Assembly: GCA_002428665.1 (NCBI GenBank)
Contig: DIXK01000096.1
Location: 49,524-113,523 of the forward strand
From: Verrucomicrobia subdivision 3 bacterium UBA6082
GTDB lineage: Bacteria > Verrucomicrobiota > Verrucomicrobiia > Limisphaerales > UBA8199
Direction of reading: 5' to 3'
Length of the DNA: 64,000 nt
Part shown: in pieces, positions 8,895-18,480 of the stretch
Layout of the letters: every line of letters starts with the position of its first letter
How positions within the stretch are numbered: position 1 is the first letter of the stretch
The notes under the pieces: model-generated
What the model saw: the letters and a program-made list of their open reading frames with translations, nothing else
Told to the model about the DNA's origin: nothing
Databases searched by the model: none
Position numbers and translations under genes: made by a program

Positions 8895-10868
8895 ATGACT
8901 TTTCCTTTGGCCAACAGAATTCTGCGCAGCGCGCTCTTCGCCGCGATGCTCGCCGCGTTCGGATTGGTCGCTGCACCGATTCCGCCCGCGCCGGAACAAA
9001 TCTTGCCGGCCGATACCTTACTCGTCCTCTCCGCCCCCGATACGGCCAAGCTGCGCCAATCGTTGCAGCAGTTCCCCACCTTGCGCCTTTGGCAAGACCC
9101 GCTGATGAAGCCTTTCCGGGAAAAATTTCTTGCTGGTTGGAATAAGGAACTCGTTACACCGCTCGAACGGGAATTAGGGTTTGATGCTTCCCAATGGACT
9201 AATATGTTCCAGGGACAGGCCACTTTTGCCCTGGTACCAGGAGAGAAAGACGCTCCAGGAAAACCGCCGGTGGGCTTTGTGTTTCTTTGTGGCATTGAGG
9301 AGCAGTCTCAGGGCTTTGCCACTAATTTCTATGCCTGGCGGCGGAAGGGTATCGACTCCGGGCGTGTTGTTCGAGAGCACAAGATTCGCGGCGTGACCTT
9401 CACCGTGGTGCAACTCGCGACGAATGAGGTCCCCACCGTATTGCGCTCCTTCATGCCCCGGAAGATCGAGGCCCAAAAGCCCGACGAGGACGAGTTTATA
9501 CCCGCGCACCTTGGACCTTCACAGGTCTTTCTCGGCCCTGCCGGCGGACTGTTCCTCGTGGCCAATTCCGCCGCCGCGCTCGAAACAATTCTGACACGCA
9601 TGGAAGGGGGGAAGGTTCCAGCGTTGGCGGAGCAGGGGGCTTACAAAGCCTGCCACGCAGCTCGTTTTCTCGGAGCTCCCGTCTACGGCTGGCTTCACTC
9701 CAGAAATTTGCTCGACGCGCTCGCCAGCCGTTCCTCCCCCAGCTCATCGGTTTCTCCGTCCTCTGCTGTTGAGGAAGTCTCCGTGGAAAAACTGCTTCGC
9801 GCCGCTGGTTTTGGTGAGGTTCAGACGATTAGTTTCAGCTTGCATCACCTTGCAGAAGGCATGGCCTGGGAGTTGCACGTCGGCCTGCCGGAGGGGTCTC
9901 GGCCAGGCATTTTCAGCTTGCTGACCGGCCAGCCCGGTGAATGGGGAATTCCGGCGTTTCTCCCTGCGGACGCCATCAAGTTCCAGCGCTGGCGGGTGGA
10001 CGCGAAGCAAACACTCCTGGTCTTGGGTAATATTCTTACTGCCGCCGCACCTACGTCTATCAATGGGCTCAACGCGATCGTAACCACCGCGCAGGACGCC
10101 GCGAGACTCCAGGATCCCGCATTCGATTTGACAAAGACACTCACCGCGAGTCTGGGCGACGACCTAATGGTGTACCAAAAAGTGTGGCGCGCCGGTTCCA
10201 CCAACGCGCAGGAGCAGGCAGCCTCCGTCTGGCTGCTTGGATCGTCAAAGCCTGGCGAACTTGTGGCCTCACTGAAATGGTTGTTACTGGTGCTCAGTGA
10301 ATCACCCCAGGCGCGAGACTTCCTGGGCAGTCAGATCTTATCAGTGCCCATGCCGCCGTTGCATCAGTTATGGGGTGGAGAACCGCCAGCGGGCCCGCCG
10401 GCCACGCTTTGCTTTGCGGCTTCCAAAGGTTACGTGGCGCTTTCCACCTCCGCCCCATTACTGGAGGAACACTTGCGAAACGTTGAACTCCAGGGACCGG
10501 CACCGCGCGACGCCAGTGGATTCATCGAAGCTTCCAAAAAAGTCACAGGTCCGGGGACCCGCTGGTTTGCGTTTCATCAACGCGCCGAAACACTGCGATC
10601 TGATCTGAAAATGTGGCAGGCTGACCCAGGCAGTTTCCAGAGAGATAGCGCGAATATGAGCGCTATCACCGCGTTATTGGGGCTCGTCTCGCCAGAATCT
10701 TCCATCAAAGATTGGATGGATGTTCGCCTCCTCCCGCCGGTTGAACAGGTGGTCCCCTATTTCCATTTCACTCTTCAGGCCGCAAGCGCCTCTCCTGATG
10801 GCCTGACTCTCAGATACTTCGCGCCGACGCCTCCCCGGCTCAAAACGGCGTCGGCTACGGGCTCTTAA
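8895..10868 (+). CDS. Hypothetical secreted protein (about 657 aa)
   Basis: ORF track 8865..10868. I prefer the ATG at 8895, which gives the signal peptide MTFPLANRILRSALFAAMLAAFGLVAAP. I recognise no motifs. Confidence 0.7.
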   Translation: MTFPLANRILRSALFAAMLAAFGLVAAPIPPAPEQILPADTLLVLSAPDTAKLRQSLQQFPTLRLWQDPLMKPFREKFLAGWNKELVTPLERELGFDASQWTNMFQGQATFALVPGEKDAPGKPPVGFVFLCGIEEQSQGFATNFYAWRRKGIDSGRVVREHKIRGVTFTVVQLATNEVPTVLRSFMPRKIEAQKPDEDEFIPAHLGPSQVFLGPAGGLFLVANSAAALETILTRMEGGKVPALAEQGAYKACHAARFLGAPVYGWLHSRNLLDALASRSSPSSSVSPSSAVEEVSVEKLLRAAGFGEVQTISFSLHHLAEGMAWELHVGLPEGSRPGIFSLLTGQPGEWGIPAFLPADAIKFQRWRVDAKQTLLVLGNILTAAAPTSINGLNAIVTTAQDAARLQDPAFDLTKTLTASLGDDLMVYQKVWRAGSTNAQEQAASVWLLGSSKPGELVASLKWLLLVLSESPQARDFLGSQILSVPMPPLHQLWGGEPPAGPPATLCFAASKGYVALSTSAPLLEEHLRNVELQGPAPRDASGFIEASKKVTGPGTRWFAFHQRAETLRSDLKMWQADPGSFQRDSANMSAITALLGLVSPESSIKDWMDVRLLPPVEQVVPYFHFTLQAASASPDGLTLRYFAPTPPRLKTASATGS

Positions 10869-10908
10869 CGGTGACGAAGAGTCGTTCAAAAATATTTTTA
10901 GAAATCTA

Positions 10909-10936
10909 TTGCGCACGCCTTTACCTTTGCTATATT
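10909..10936 (+). promoter_or_regulatory. Candidate sigma70-type promoter for the ribosomal-protein supercluster
   Basis: TTGCGC (10909-10914), a 16-nt spacer, then TATATT (10931-10936). It lies about 130 nt upstream of the rplB start, in the only sizeable non-coding gap preceding the cluster. Confidence 0.3.
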
Positions 10937-11068
10937 CCCGGCTCCTTCTCGCCCAGGCAGGGCGTTATGGACAGCATAACCTGCGGAACCGATAACTAGC
11001 CGCCCATCCGGGGGCAGGATTGATGGCTCCGCACTCCAAGTTGCTGACTTGGGAAACGCGATTGATTT

Positions 11069-11923
11069 ATGCCAGTAAAGACATTTCGACCGCTGACGCC
11101 GTCTACGCGCTATATCTCGTATGCGGACTTCAGCGATATTACTAAGGCCAAGCCGGAAAAAAGCCTGGTCCAGACGCGGAAGCGTACCGGGGGGCGTAAT
11201 GCCTACGGCCGCGTCACCGCTCGCGGGATCGGCTCCGGTCACAAACAAAAGATTCGTCTGGTTGACTTCCGCCGGGCCAAGCACGGTGTCGAAGCGATTG
11301 TGGCGGCCATTGAGTATGATCCGGGCCGCAGTGCCCGTTTGGCCTTGCTCCAATATAAGGATGGCGAGAAAACATACATCATCGCTCCTTTGGGTCTCCA
11401 GGTAGGAGCTACGATTCTGAGCGGCCCCACGGCTCCGCCCGACTTGGGCAACAGCCTGCCGCTTCGGTCGGTTCCGGTCGGCCTTCCTATTCATAATATC
11501 GAAATCATTCCGGGTCGTGGCGGCCAAATGGTCCGCACGGCGGGCGGTTCAGCCACCTTGATGTCGCGGGACGAAGGGTATGCTCAGATTCGCCTGCCCT
11601 CGGGTGAAATTCGCAAGTTTAACGAGAATTGCTACGCGACCATCGGTCAGGTTGGCAACACCGAGCATGAAAACGTGGTCCTGGGTAAGGCGGGACGCTC
11701 GCGCCACCGTGGCATTCGCCCGATCAACCGTGGCGTGGTTCGCAACCCCGTGGATCACCCCAACGGCGGTGGTGCCGGCAAGTCAAAGTCCGGCGGTGGC
11801 TGGCAGCAGTTGACATCACCTTGGGGGCTGCTCGCCAAAGGGTATCGCACCCGCTCCAAGAAAAAGTATTCCAACCGGTTTATTCTGGTCCGCCGCGACG
11901 GTCGGCCAATGAAGAACAAGTAA
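11069..11923 (+). CDS. rplB: 50S ribosomal protein uL2
   Basis: MPVKTFRPLTPSTR... and 'VRNPVDHPNGGGAGKS' are uL2 signatures. rpsS follows it. Confidence 0.97.
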   Translation: MPVKTFRPLTPSTRYISYADFSDITKAKPEKSLVQTRKRTGGRNAYGRVTARGIGSGHKQKIRLVDFRRAKHGVEAIVAAIEYDPGRSARLALLQYKDGEKTYIIAPLGLQVGATILSGPTAPPDLGNSLPLRSVPVGLPIHNIEIIPGRGGQMVRTAGGSATLMSRDEGYAQIRLPSGEIRKFNENCYATIGQVGNTEHENVVLGKAGRSRHRGIRPINRGVVRNPVDHPNGGGAGKSKSGGGWQQLTSPWGLLAKGYRTRSKKKYSNRFILVRRDGRPMKNK

Positions 11924-11935
11924 GATTAAGCACCT

Positions 11936-12217
11936 ATGGGACGCTCTATCAAAAAAGGCCCGTTTGTGGATTTTCATCTCCTGGACAAAATCCAGAAGGC
12001 GAAGGACACCAAATCCAAGGCCCCGATCAAGACCTGGTCTCGCCGCTCTATGATCACCCCCGATTTCGTGGGGCTCACTTTCAACGTTCACAACGGTAAA
12101 ATGTTCCACCCGGTGTTCGTGACGGAAAACATGGTGGGCCATCGCCTGGGTGAGTTCAGCCTCACTCGGACATTCAAGAAGCACGGTGCCCATACCGCCA
12201 AGGCAGAGGCCAAGTAA
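11936..12217 (+). CDS. rpsS: 30S ribosomal protein uS19
   Basis: [12 protein letters not shown]... and [22 protein letters not shown]; conserved position. Confidence 0.97.
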   Translation: MGRSIKKGPFVDFHLLDKIQKAKDTKSKAPIKTWSRRSMITPDFVGLTFNVHNGKMFHPVFVTENMVGHRLGEFSLTRTFKKHGAHTAKAEAK

Positions 12218-12221
12218 CCTT

Positions 12222-12575
12222 ATGCAAGTACAAGCCATTACAAAAAACGTGCGCATGTCGTCGCAGAAAATGCGCGAGGTGGTGCGGCAGATTCAGGGCT
12301 TGCCTGCGGCTACGGCCGTGGCTGCCTTGGCCGTCACGCCCCGCAAGGGCGCCCGGTTCGTGGCCAAGACTCTGAAATCCGCCATCGCCAACGCCGAGGA
12401 TCTCAAGACGCACAACAAAGATTTCAACAATTTGCGCACGGATCGCCTGGTGATCAAGGAAGCGGTCGCTCAAACGGCGACCACACATAAACGGTTTACC
12501 CCGAAAGCCCGCGGCTCGGCCGGCCCGGTGCTCAAGCGCAACTGTCACATCAAGATCGTACTGTCCGACGAATAA
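12222..12575 (+). CDS. rplV: 50S ribosomal protein uL22
   Basis: The ORF track starts at 12150, inside rpsS. The ATG at 12222 (MQVQAITKNVRMSSQKMREVVRQIQG) gives a canonical-length uL22 five nt after the rpsS stop. Confidence 0.93.
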   Translation: MQVQAITKNVRMSSQKMREVVRQIQGLPAATAVAALAVTPRKGARFVAKTLKSAIANAEDLKTHNKDFNNLRTDRLVIKEAVAQTATTHKRFTPKARGSAGPVLKRNCHIKIVLSDE

Positions 12576-12584
12576 ACCTTAAGT

Positions 12585-13259
12585 ATGGGTCAGAAAACCA
12601 ATCCAGTCGGTCTGCGCGTCGCTGTTAATCGCGACTGGCGCTCCAAGTGGTATGCCGGAAAAAAAGAGTTCGGCCGCCTCCTGTCCGAGGATCGTCAGAT
12701 CCGCGAATTGCTCAAAAAGAAACTGGAGACGGCTTCCGTCCCCAGAATTCTGATCGAGCGCGCTGCCAATCGTTGCCGCGTGACTATCCTCACCGCTCGT
12801 CCGGGTATCGTTATCGGACGCAAAGGTGCAGAAATCGACAAGCTGAAGGAAGAGCTCAGCAAGATGACCGGCAAGGAAATCTACGTCGACATCGTGGAAA
12901 TCAAACAACCGGAGACCGATGCCCAGTTGGTGGCTGAAAACGTGGCTCTCCAGCTCGAGCGCCGCGTCTCGTTCCGCCGCGCTATGAAGAAAGCACTGCA
13001 GACGGCGAAGGACTTCGGTGCTGAAGGGATCAAGATTCGCTGCGCCGGCCGCCTGGGCGGCGCGGAATTGGCCCGCGTCGAACAGTATCACTGGGGCCGC
13101 GTGCCGCTGCATACCTTGCGCGCAGAAATCGACTACGGGTTTGCCGAAGCCAACACGGTTTACGGAAAACTGGGAATCAAATGCTGGGTCTGCAAAGGCG
13201 AGACTAAGCCCCAAAAAGCACAGGTCCCGGCAGCGGAGCCCGTTGCCAGCTCACTTTAA
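12585..13259 (+). CDS. rpsC: 30S ribosomal protein uS3
   Basis: [12 protein letters not shown]..., KH domain [10 protein letters not shown]; conserved position. Confidence 0.97.
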   Translation: MGQKTNPVGLRVAVNRDWRSKWYAGKKEFGRLLSEDRQIRELLKKKLETASVPRILIERAANRCRVTILTARPGIVIGRKGAEIDKLKEELSKMTGKEIYVDIVEIKQPETDAQLVAENVALQLERRVSFRRAMKKALQTAKDFGAEGIKIRCAGRLGGAELARVEQYHWGRVPLHTLRAEIDYGFAEANTVYGKLGIKCWVCKGETKPQKAQVPAAEPVASSL

Positions 13260-13285
13260 GTTAGAGTTAGAATAAGGAATTTGTT

Positions 13286-13699
13286 ATGCCATTGATGCCC
13301 GAGAGAGTGAAGTACCGCAAGATGCACCGCGGGAACCGCGCTGGCCTGGCCATGAGCGGCAACACGGTCGCCTTCGGCGAGTACGGATTGATTGCGCTGG
13401 AGCGCTGCTGGTTGGATACCAAGCAAATCGAAGCCGCACGCGTGGCGATTGCCCGCAATATGAAGCGTCATGGCAAGCTCTGGATCCGTGTTTTCCCGCA
13501 AAAGTCTTTCACCAAGAAACCGTTGGAAACGCGAATGGGTAAGGGCAAGGGCCCCCTCGAATCCTGGGTGGCGGTCATCCGCCCCGCGAATATTTTGTTC
13601 GAAGTCGATGGCGTTACCGAGGTGATAGCGCGGGAATCCCTGCGCTTGGCTGCCAGCAAACTCCCCATCAAAACCAAGTTTATTTCCCGCCATCGCTAA
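13286..13699 (+). CDS. rplP: 50S ribosomal protein uL16
   Basis: [16 protein letters not shown]... and [15 protein letters not shown]. Confidence 0.97.
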   Translation: MPLMPERVKYRKMHRGNRAGLAMSGNTVAFGEYGLIALERCWLDTKQIEAARVAIARNMKRHGKLWIRVFPQKSFTKKPLETRMGKGKGPLESWVAVIRPANILFEVDGVTEVIARESLRLAASKLPIKTKFISRHR

Positions 13700-13715
13700 C
13701 GCTGAGGCTCCCGGT

Positions 13716-13922
13716 ATGAAGAAAAACAAACGCAAAGAGATTCAGGAAAAGAGCCTGCCGGAACTGCTGGCCGAAAGCCGCAACCTGCGGCAGGAATTGT
13801 TCAACCTGCGATTGCAGCAGGCAAGCGCCCAACTGGAAAAACCAGCGCGCCTGCGCGTCATCCGCCGCGACATCGCCCGGATGGAAACCCGGATCTCTGC
13901 GCTCCGCAACCAAGCCGCTTAA
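13716..13922 (+). CDS. rpmC: 50S ribosomal protein uL29
   Basis: 68 aa with LRQELFNLRLQQASAQLEKPARLRVIRRDIAR; conserved position. Confidence 0.95.
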   Translation: MKKNKRKEIQEKSLPELLAESRNLRQELFNLRLQQASAQLEKPARLRVIRRDIARMETRISALRNQAA

Positions 13923-13931
13923 CCTATTCCT

Positions 13932-14234
13932 ATGGCTGAACCAACCACTGCCGTCACCGCCGCCCGGGGCCACCGCAAAGAACGCATCGGGCAGGTCGTT
14001 TCCAATAAAATGGCCAAAACGATCGTCGTGCTCGTCACGCGCCGTTACCCTCACCCCCGATTCCGCAAAGTCGTGACCGGCTATAAGAAGTTTTACGCCC
14101 ACGACGAAAAGAACGAGGCCAAACCTGGCGACCGCGTTCGCATCGAAGAAACCCGCCCCCTTTCCAAGACCAAACGATGGCGCCTGGTTCAAGTTGTGGA
14201 GCGCGCCTCCGAAGTCACACCTGTGCAGGCTTAA
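13932..14234 (+). CDS. rpsQ: 30S ribosomal protein uS17
   Basis: [21 protein letters not shown]...YKKFYAHDE; conserved position. Confidence 0.95.
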   Translation: MAEPTTAVTAARGHRKERIGQVVSNKMAKTIVVLVTRRYPHPRFRKVVTGYKKFYAHDEKNEAKPGDRVRIEETRPLSKTKRWRLVQVVERASEVTPVQA

Positions 14235-14246
14235 CAAGGATTCATT

Positions 14247-14612
14247 ATGTTGCAGATCCGATCAATACTAGATGTGGCCGATAATACCGGCGCCAAACGT
14301 GCCGCTGCCATCGGGGTGCTCGGCCGCAACCAGCGCTACGCACGCATTGGCGACGTGATCAAAGTGCATATTAAGGAATCGTCTCCAGACGCTACCGTAA
14401 AAAAAGGTGAAGTCGTCGAAGCCGTAGTGGTCAGGACGCGGCAGCCGGTTCGGCGCAATGATGGTTCCTACGTGCGGTTTGACAGCAACGCCATCGTCAT
14501 TATTGATAAAGAGTTTAATCCCCGCGGCACCCGTATTTTCGGGCCGGTGGCGCGTGAGTTACGCGAGAAGAAGTTCATGAAAATCGTCTCGCTTGCTCCG
14601 GAAGTGATCTGA
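14247..14612 (+). CDS. rplN: 50S ribosomal protein uL14
   Basis: [17 protein letters not shown]...; 121 aa. Confidence 0.97.
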   Translation: MLQIRSILDVADNTGAKRAAAIGVLGRNQRYARIGDVIKVHIKESSPDATVKKGEVVEAVVVRTRQPVRRNDGSYVRFDSNAIVIIDKEFNPRGTRIFGPVARELREKKFMKIVSLAPEVI

Positions 14613-14632
14613 AGTCAAACAGGAAAGAATTT

Positions 14633-14911
14633 ATGCGGAGTTTTCACGTTAAGAAAGGCGACGAAGTGGTCGTGCTGGCCGGTGCCGACAAAGGCAAACG
14701 CGGCAAGGTGATCGCGGTCGAAGGCAAGAAACAACGACTGCTCGTTGAGGGTGTGCGTATGATTAAGAAGCATATGCGACGCAATCAGCAGTATCCTCAG
14801 GGACGGATTCTCGATCGCGAGGGATCTATTCACATTTCGAACGTGATGAAGGCCGACAAATACGAAGCTCGGGCTGCCAAGCGGGCGCCCAAAGCCGCGC
14901 CCCAAGCGTAA
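14633..14911 (+). CDS. rplX: 50S ribosomal protein uL24
   Basis: KOW motif VKKGDEVVVLAGADKGKRGKVIAV; conserved position. Confidence 0.95.
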   Translation: MRSFHVKKGDEVVVLAGADKGKRGKVIAVEGKKQRLLVEGVRMIKKHMRRNQQYPQGRILDREGSIHISNVMKADKYEARAAKRAPKAAPQA

Positions 14912-14972
14912 TGTCTCCGAAACAGCTAATGATTGATTAAGAACGCTCCGGCAAATTCCGGGAAACAGCGAA

Positions 14973-15542
14973 ATGAAAGCCAGACTTTACAAAAAATATA
15001 TCGACGAGGTCGTTCCTGCGCTGAAAGCCAAGCACGAATACACCAACCTTCATCAGATTCCCCAGATGGTCAAGATCGTCATCAACATGGGGATTAGTGC
15101 TTCGTTGGAAAAGAGCGCCTTGGACGATGCCGCCAAAGATTTGGCATTGATCACCGGTCGCAAGGCCGCGATCAGTCGTTCGCGTCACAGTATTGCTAAC
15201 TTCAAGTTGCGAGAGGGGCAGGCGATTGGTTGTCACGTCACCTTGCGCCGGGATGCGATGTACGAGTTCTTCGATCGGCTCATTGCCACAGCCCTGCCGC
15301 GTATTCGCGATTTTCGAGGCCTTTCGCCACGTTCGTTCGACGGGCGCGGGAATTACACGCTTGGCGTTGGTGATCAGACCATCTTTCCCGAGATCGAACT
15401 TGACAAGATCAAACGCCAGCAGGGCATGGACATCACTATCGTGACAACGGCTCCAACCGACGGCGAGGCCCTGGACTTCCTTAAGCTCATGGGAATGCCG
15501 TTTGCGGAATCCAAAGCGGCCTCCGTTTCGGTTTCCAAGTAA
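14973..15542 (+). CDS. rplE: 50S ribosomal protein uL5
   Basis: MKARLYKKYIDEVVPAL...NLHQIPQMVKIVINMG...RDFRGL. Confidence 0.97.
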   Translation: MKARLYKKYIDEVVPALKAKHEYTNLHQIPQMVKIVINMGISASLEKSALDDAAKDLALITGRKAAISRSRHSIANFKLREGQAIGCHVTLRRDAMYEFFDRLIATALPRIRDFRGLSPRSFDGRGNYTLGVGDQTIFPEIELDKIKRQQGMDITIVTTAPTDGEALDFLKLMGMPFAESKAASVSVSK

Positions 15543-15566
15543 AAACCCGATTTTATTTAGAATAAT

Positions 15567-15836
15567 ATGGCAAAGACCGCATGGATCGAACGCAATAAGA
15601 AGAAAGCCGAGACGGTGAAGAAATACGCCGCATTGCGGGCTGAGTTGAAGGCCAAGCGCGACTACGTCGGCTTGTCCAAGCTTCCGAAGAACGCTAGCCC
15701 GGTGCGCGTCGTCAACCGCTGCTCTATGAGCGGACGTCGGCACGGCTACCTGCGCAAGTTCAGTTGCTCGCGCCTGACCTTCCGCGAAGGCGCTCTTAAC
15801 GGATTGATCCCAGGCGTCACTAAAGCCAGCTGGTAA
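15567..15836 (+). CDS. rpsN: 30S ribosomal protein uS14 (long, non-zinc form)
   Basis: 89 aa with [13 protein letters not shown]...[24 protein letters not shown]...W. There is no CxxC pair. Confidence 0.95.
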   Translation: MAKTAWIERNKKKAETVKKYAALRAELKAKRDYVGLSKLPKNASPVRVVNRCSMSGRRHGYLRKFSCSRLTFREGALNGLIPGVTKASW

Positions 15837-15841
15837 CCGCT

Positions 15842-16228
15842 ATGAACGACCCGATTTCTGACATGTTGACCCGCATCCGCAACGCCCAACGCGCGTTGCT
15901 GCCTACCGTTGAGATTCCGCACTCCAAAATGAAGGAGAGCATAGGTGGCATCCTGAAGCGTGAAGGTTATATCGCGGATCTTGCGGTGGAAGGCAAAGGG
16001 TTCAAGAGCCTGAAACTCAAGCTCAAATACCAGGGCAAGAGGAGCATTATCGAAGGTTTGCAGCGCGTTAGCTCCCCCGGGTTGCGCCGCTATGTCGGAT
16101 CTACCGAAATCCCGCGCGTTCGCGGTGGTTTGGGCGTCGCCATCGTCTCCACCTCCGAAGGTGTAATGACTGGAAACGAAGCCCGCAAGAAGAACCTTGG
16201 CGGGGAGCTGGTTTGTTACGTGTGGTAA
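15842..16228 (+). CDS. rpsH: 30S ribosomal protein uS8
   Basis: MNDPISDMLTRIRNA... Confidence 0.97.
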   Translation: MNDPISDMLTRIRNAQRALLPTVEIPHSKMKESIGGILKREGYIADLAVEGKGFKSLKLKLKYQGKRSIIEGLQRVSSPGLRRYVGSTEIPRVRGGLGVAIVSTSEGVMTGNEARKKNLGGELVCYVW

Positions 16229-16268
16229 CTAACTCGCCGACACAAACCAATTCAACTTTTTAAATCGT

Positions 16269-16805
16269 ATGTCACGTATTGGAAAACAACCGATCCTGCT
16301 GCCTGCCAAGGTGAAGGTAGAGGTGAAGGGGCAACGAGTGCTCGTGGAAGGCCCCAAGGGCAAACTGAACTGGGATCTCCCAGGTCGCGTAGGCGCCAAA
16401 GTGGATAATGGCCAGGTGCATGTTACCCGCCAGGGCGATGATGCTCAGGCAAAGTCCCTCCATGGGTTGAGCCGTGCGCTGCTCAACAATATGGTGCGTG
16501 GTGTCTCCGAAGGTTTTGTCAAGAAACTCGAAATCCACGGCGTCGGGTTTAAGGCTGCGGTTCAGGGCAAGAGCATTACCATGAGTCTTGGGTACTCCCA
16601 CCCAGTCGTTTATCCAATACCCGACCAGATCAAGGTGACGGTCGACGAAAACACCAAAGTGACGATTGAAGGGCCCGACCGTCAAATGGTCGGACAGGTG
16701 GCTTCGGAGTTACGCAGTTTCTATCCGCCTGAGCCATACAAAGGCAAGGGTGTTCGCTATTCTGACGAACGCGTGATTCGGAAGGAAGGCAAGACAGTTC
16801 AATAA
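16269..16805 (+). CDS. rplF: 50S ribosomal protein uL6
   Basis: MSRIGKQPILLPAKVKVEV...YKGKGVRY. Confidence 0.97.
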   Translation: MSRIGKQPILLPAKVKVEVKGQRVLVEGPKGKLNWDLPGRVGAKVDNGQVHVTRQGDDAQAKSLHGLSRALLNNMVRGVSEGFVKKLEIHGVGFKAAVQGKSITMSLGYSHPVVYPIPDQIKVTVDENTKVTIEGPDRQMVGQVASELRSFYPPEPYKGKGVRYSDERVIRKEGKTVQ

Positions 16806-16844
16806 TAGATTTTTCCACGGCCAAATCCGTGGATCAGGAGCAAC

Positions 16845-17210
16845 ATGAGAACGCAACAAAAGAAACGACTGGCTCTCCGTCGCCGCTGGCGAGTGCGGAG
16901 CAAAATTAGCGGCACTCCCGAGCGTCCGCGCATGAGCGTCTGCTTCAGTAATAAGCATATCCGGGTGCAGTTTATCGATGACGTGAATCGTGTCACCTTG
17001 ACCGCTGCCACTTCAGTGGGGAAGGGCGCCCCGACTAGCGGTAAGTCTGCTGCCAACGCGGCGGGTGCTAAAGTCCTTGGCGCACGGGCCGCGCAGGTCG
17101 CACTCGAGAAAGGCATCAAGACGGTGGTCTTCGACCGTGGCAGCAAGCGCTATCACGGCAAAGTGAAGGCCTTGGCGGACGCCGCTCGCGAGGCCGGCCT
17201 GAAATTTTAA
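16845..17210 (+). CDS. rplR: 50S ribosomal protein uL18
   Basis: RRRWRVRSKISGTPERPRMSV...FDRGSKRYHGKVKALADAAREAGLKF. Confidence 0.96.
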   Translation: MRTQQKKRLALRRRWRVRSKISGTPERPRMSVCFSNKHIRVQFIDDVNRVTLTAATSVGKGAPTSGKSAANAAGAKVLGARAAQVALEKGIKTVVFDRGSKRYHGKVKALADAAREAGLKF

Positions 17211-17231
17211 CTTTCAATCCCTTAAAATACT

Positions 17232-17906
17232 GTGGCTGAAGAAAATAAAGTCGAAACTACCGAACAGGCGCCTGAGCCTCGCTCGGAACACCGTCCCGAA
17301 CGCTCCTTCCGAGGCGGTCCTCGAGGACGCCGCAACAGACCCGATTCAGAGAATCGGCAGGATGGTACGGGACAAGACCTTGTCGAGAAGGTGGTCTTCA
17401 TCAATCGCTCGGCCAAGGTGGTAAAAGGCGGACGCCGGTTTAATTTTAGCGCCCTCGTAGTGGTTGGAGACAAGAAAGGCCGCGTTGGGGTCGGATTGGG
17501 TAAGGCCGGTGAAGTGGCCGATGCCATCCGTAAAGGTGGTGAGTCAGCCCGCTCCCAAATGGTCCCCGTCGCTCTGAAAGAGGCCACGATTCCGCACGAA
17601 GTGTTTTCCCACTATTGCGGGGCCAAAGTGTTGCTTCGTCCAGCTTCCCCGGGCACCGGTATTATTGCGGGGAAAACCGTTCGCGCGGTTCTCGAATCCG
17701 CTGGAGTAAAAGACGTTCTCAGTAAGTCGCTGGGTTCAAAGAACGCTGCAAACGTCGTAAAGGCTACCTTGACAGCTTTGCTGAGCCTCCGCCTGCGTGA
17801 AAGCATCTACGGTGACCGTGGCCTCAAGATCGAGAAACCTCAGGCTCCCACGCTACCAGTTAAAACGGCCGAGCTTCCTGCCGCCGAACCCACAACCTCA
17901 GCCTAG
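17232..17906 (+). CDS. rpsE: 30S ribosomal protein uS5 with N- and C-terminal extensions
   Basis: GTG start. The core is '[31 protein letters not shown]...GTGIIAG'. About 40 extra N-terminal residues are E/R/P-rich and about 25 extra C-terminal residues are P/A/T-rich. Confidence 0.93.
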   Translation: MAEENKVETTEQAPEPRSEHRPERSFRGGPRGRRNRPDSENRQDGTGQDLVEKVVFINRSAKVVKGGRRFNFSALVVVGDKKGRVGVGLGKAGEVADAIRKGGESARSQMVPVALKEATIPHEVFSHYCGAKVLLRPASPGTGIIAGKTVRAVLESAGVKDVLSKSLGSKNAANVVKATLTALLSLRLRESIYGDRGLKIEKPQAPTLPVKTAELPAAEPTTSA

Positions 17907-17918
17907 TTACTTTGTCTT

Positions 17919-18392
17919 ATGCGATTACATGATCTCAAACCCCGTCCGGGAGCCAAGCATCGTCGTAAACGTCTTGGTCAGGGCGAATCCAGCGGTCTAG
18001 GCAAGACCAGCGGCCGCGGTGGCAAGGGCCAGACAGCCCGCTCCGGCAGCTCTATCCGCATCGGTTTCGAAGGCGGTCAGATGCCTCTCATTCGCCGTAT
18101 TCCCAAGCGCGGTTTTAACAATACTCGACACGCGACGGTCTACTTGCCGGTGAATCTTGAGTCGTTGAACCAATTTGAAGATGGTGCTAGGGTAGATGAA
18201 GCGGCACTGTGCAGCCTCGGTTTGGCCAATGGTCGAAGCGCCGGCATCAAGATCCTTGGCACTGGTGACCTTTCCCGCAAGCTGACCGTTGTCGCTCACG
18301 CTTTCAGCGCTTCTGCCCGGGCCAAGATCGAAGCCAAGGGTGGCACCTGTGAGATTGTTGCCTCCCCGAAGACCGAATCTGCGAAAGCCTAA
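17919..18392 (+). CDS. rplO: 50S ribosomal protein uL15
   Basis: MRLHDLKPRPGAKHRRKRLGQG...GKTSGRGGKGQ. It follows rpsE after only 12 nt, so there is no room for rpmD. Confidence 0.96.
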   Translation: MRLHDLKPRPGAKHRRKRLGQGESSGLGKTSGRGGKGQTARSGSSIRIGFEGGQMPLIRRIPKRGFNNTRHATVYLPVNLESLNQFEDGARVDEAALCSLGLANGRSAGIKILGTGDLSRKLTVVAHAFSASARAKIEAKGGTCEIVASPKTESAKA

Positions 18393-18480
18393 CTGCATTC
18401 ATGCCAACCGAGTCAACGATGCCGATTCAAAGGGGATGGGACTAACCCCGGCACCTATACTCCTGGACCTCTGACCCAAC

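Noticed and set aside
12150-12221. Upstream extension of rplV (ORF track start 12150), overlapping rpsS.
   Set aside because: The extension lies inside rpsS in another frame. The ATG at 12222 yields a canonical uL22 N-terminus five nt after the rpsS stop.
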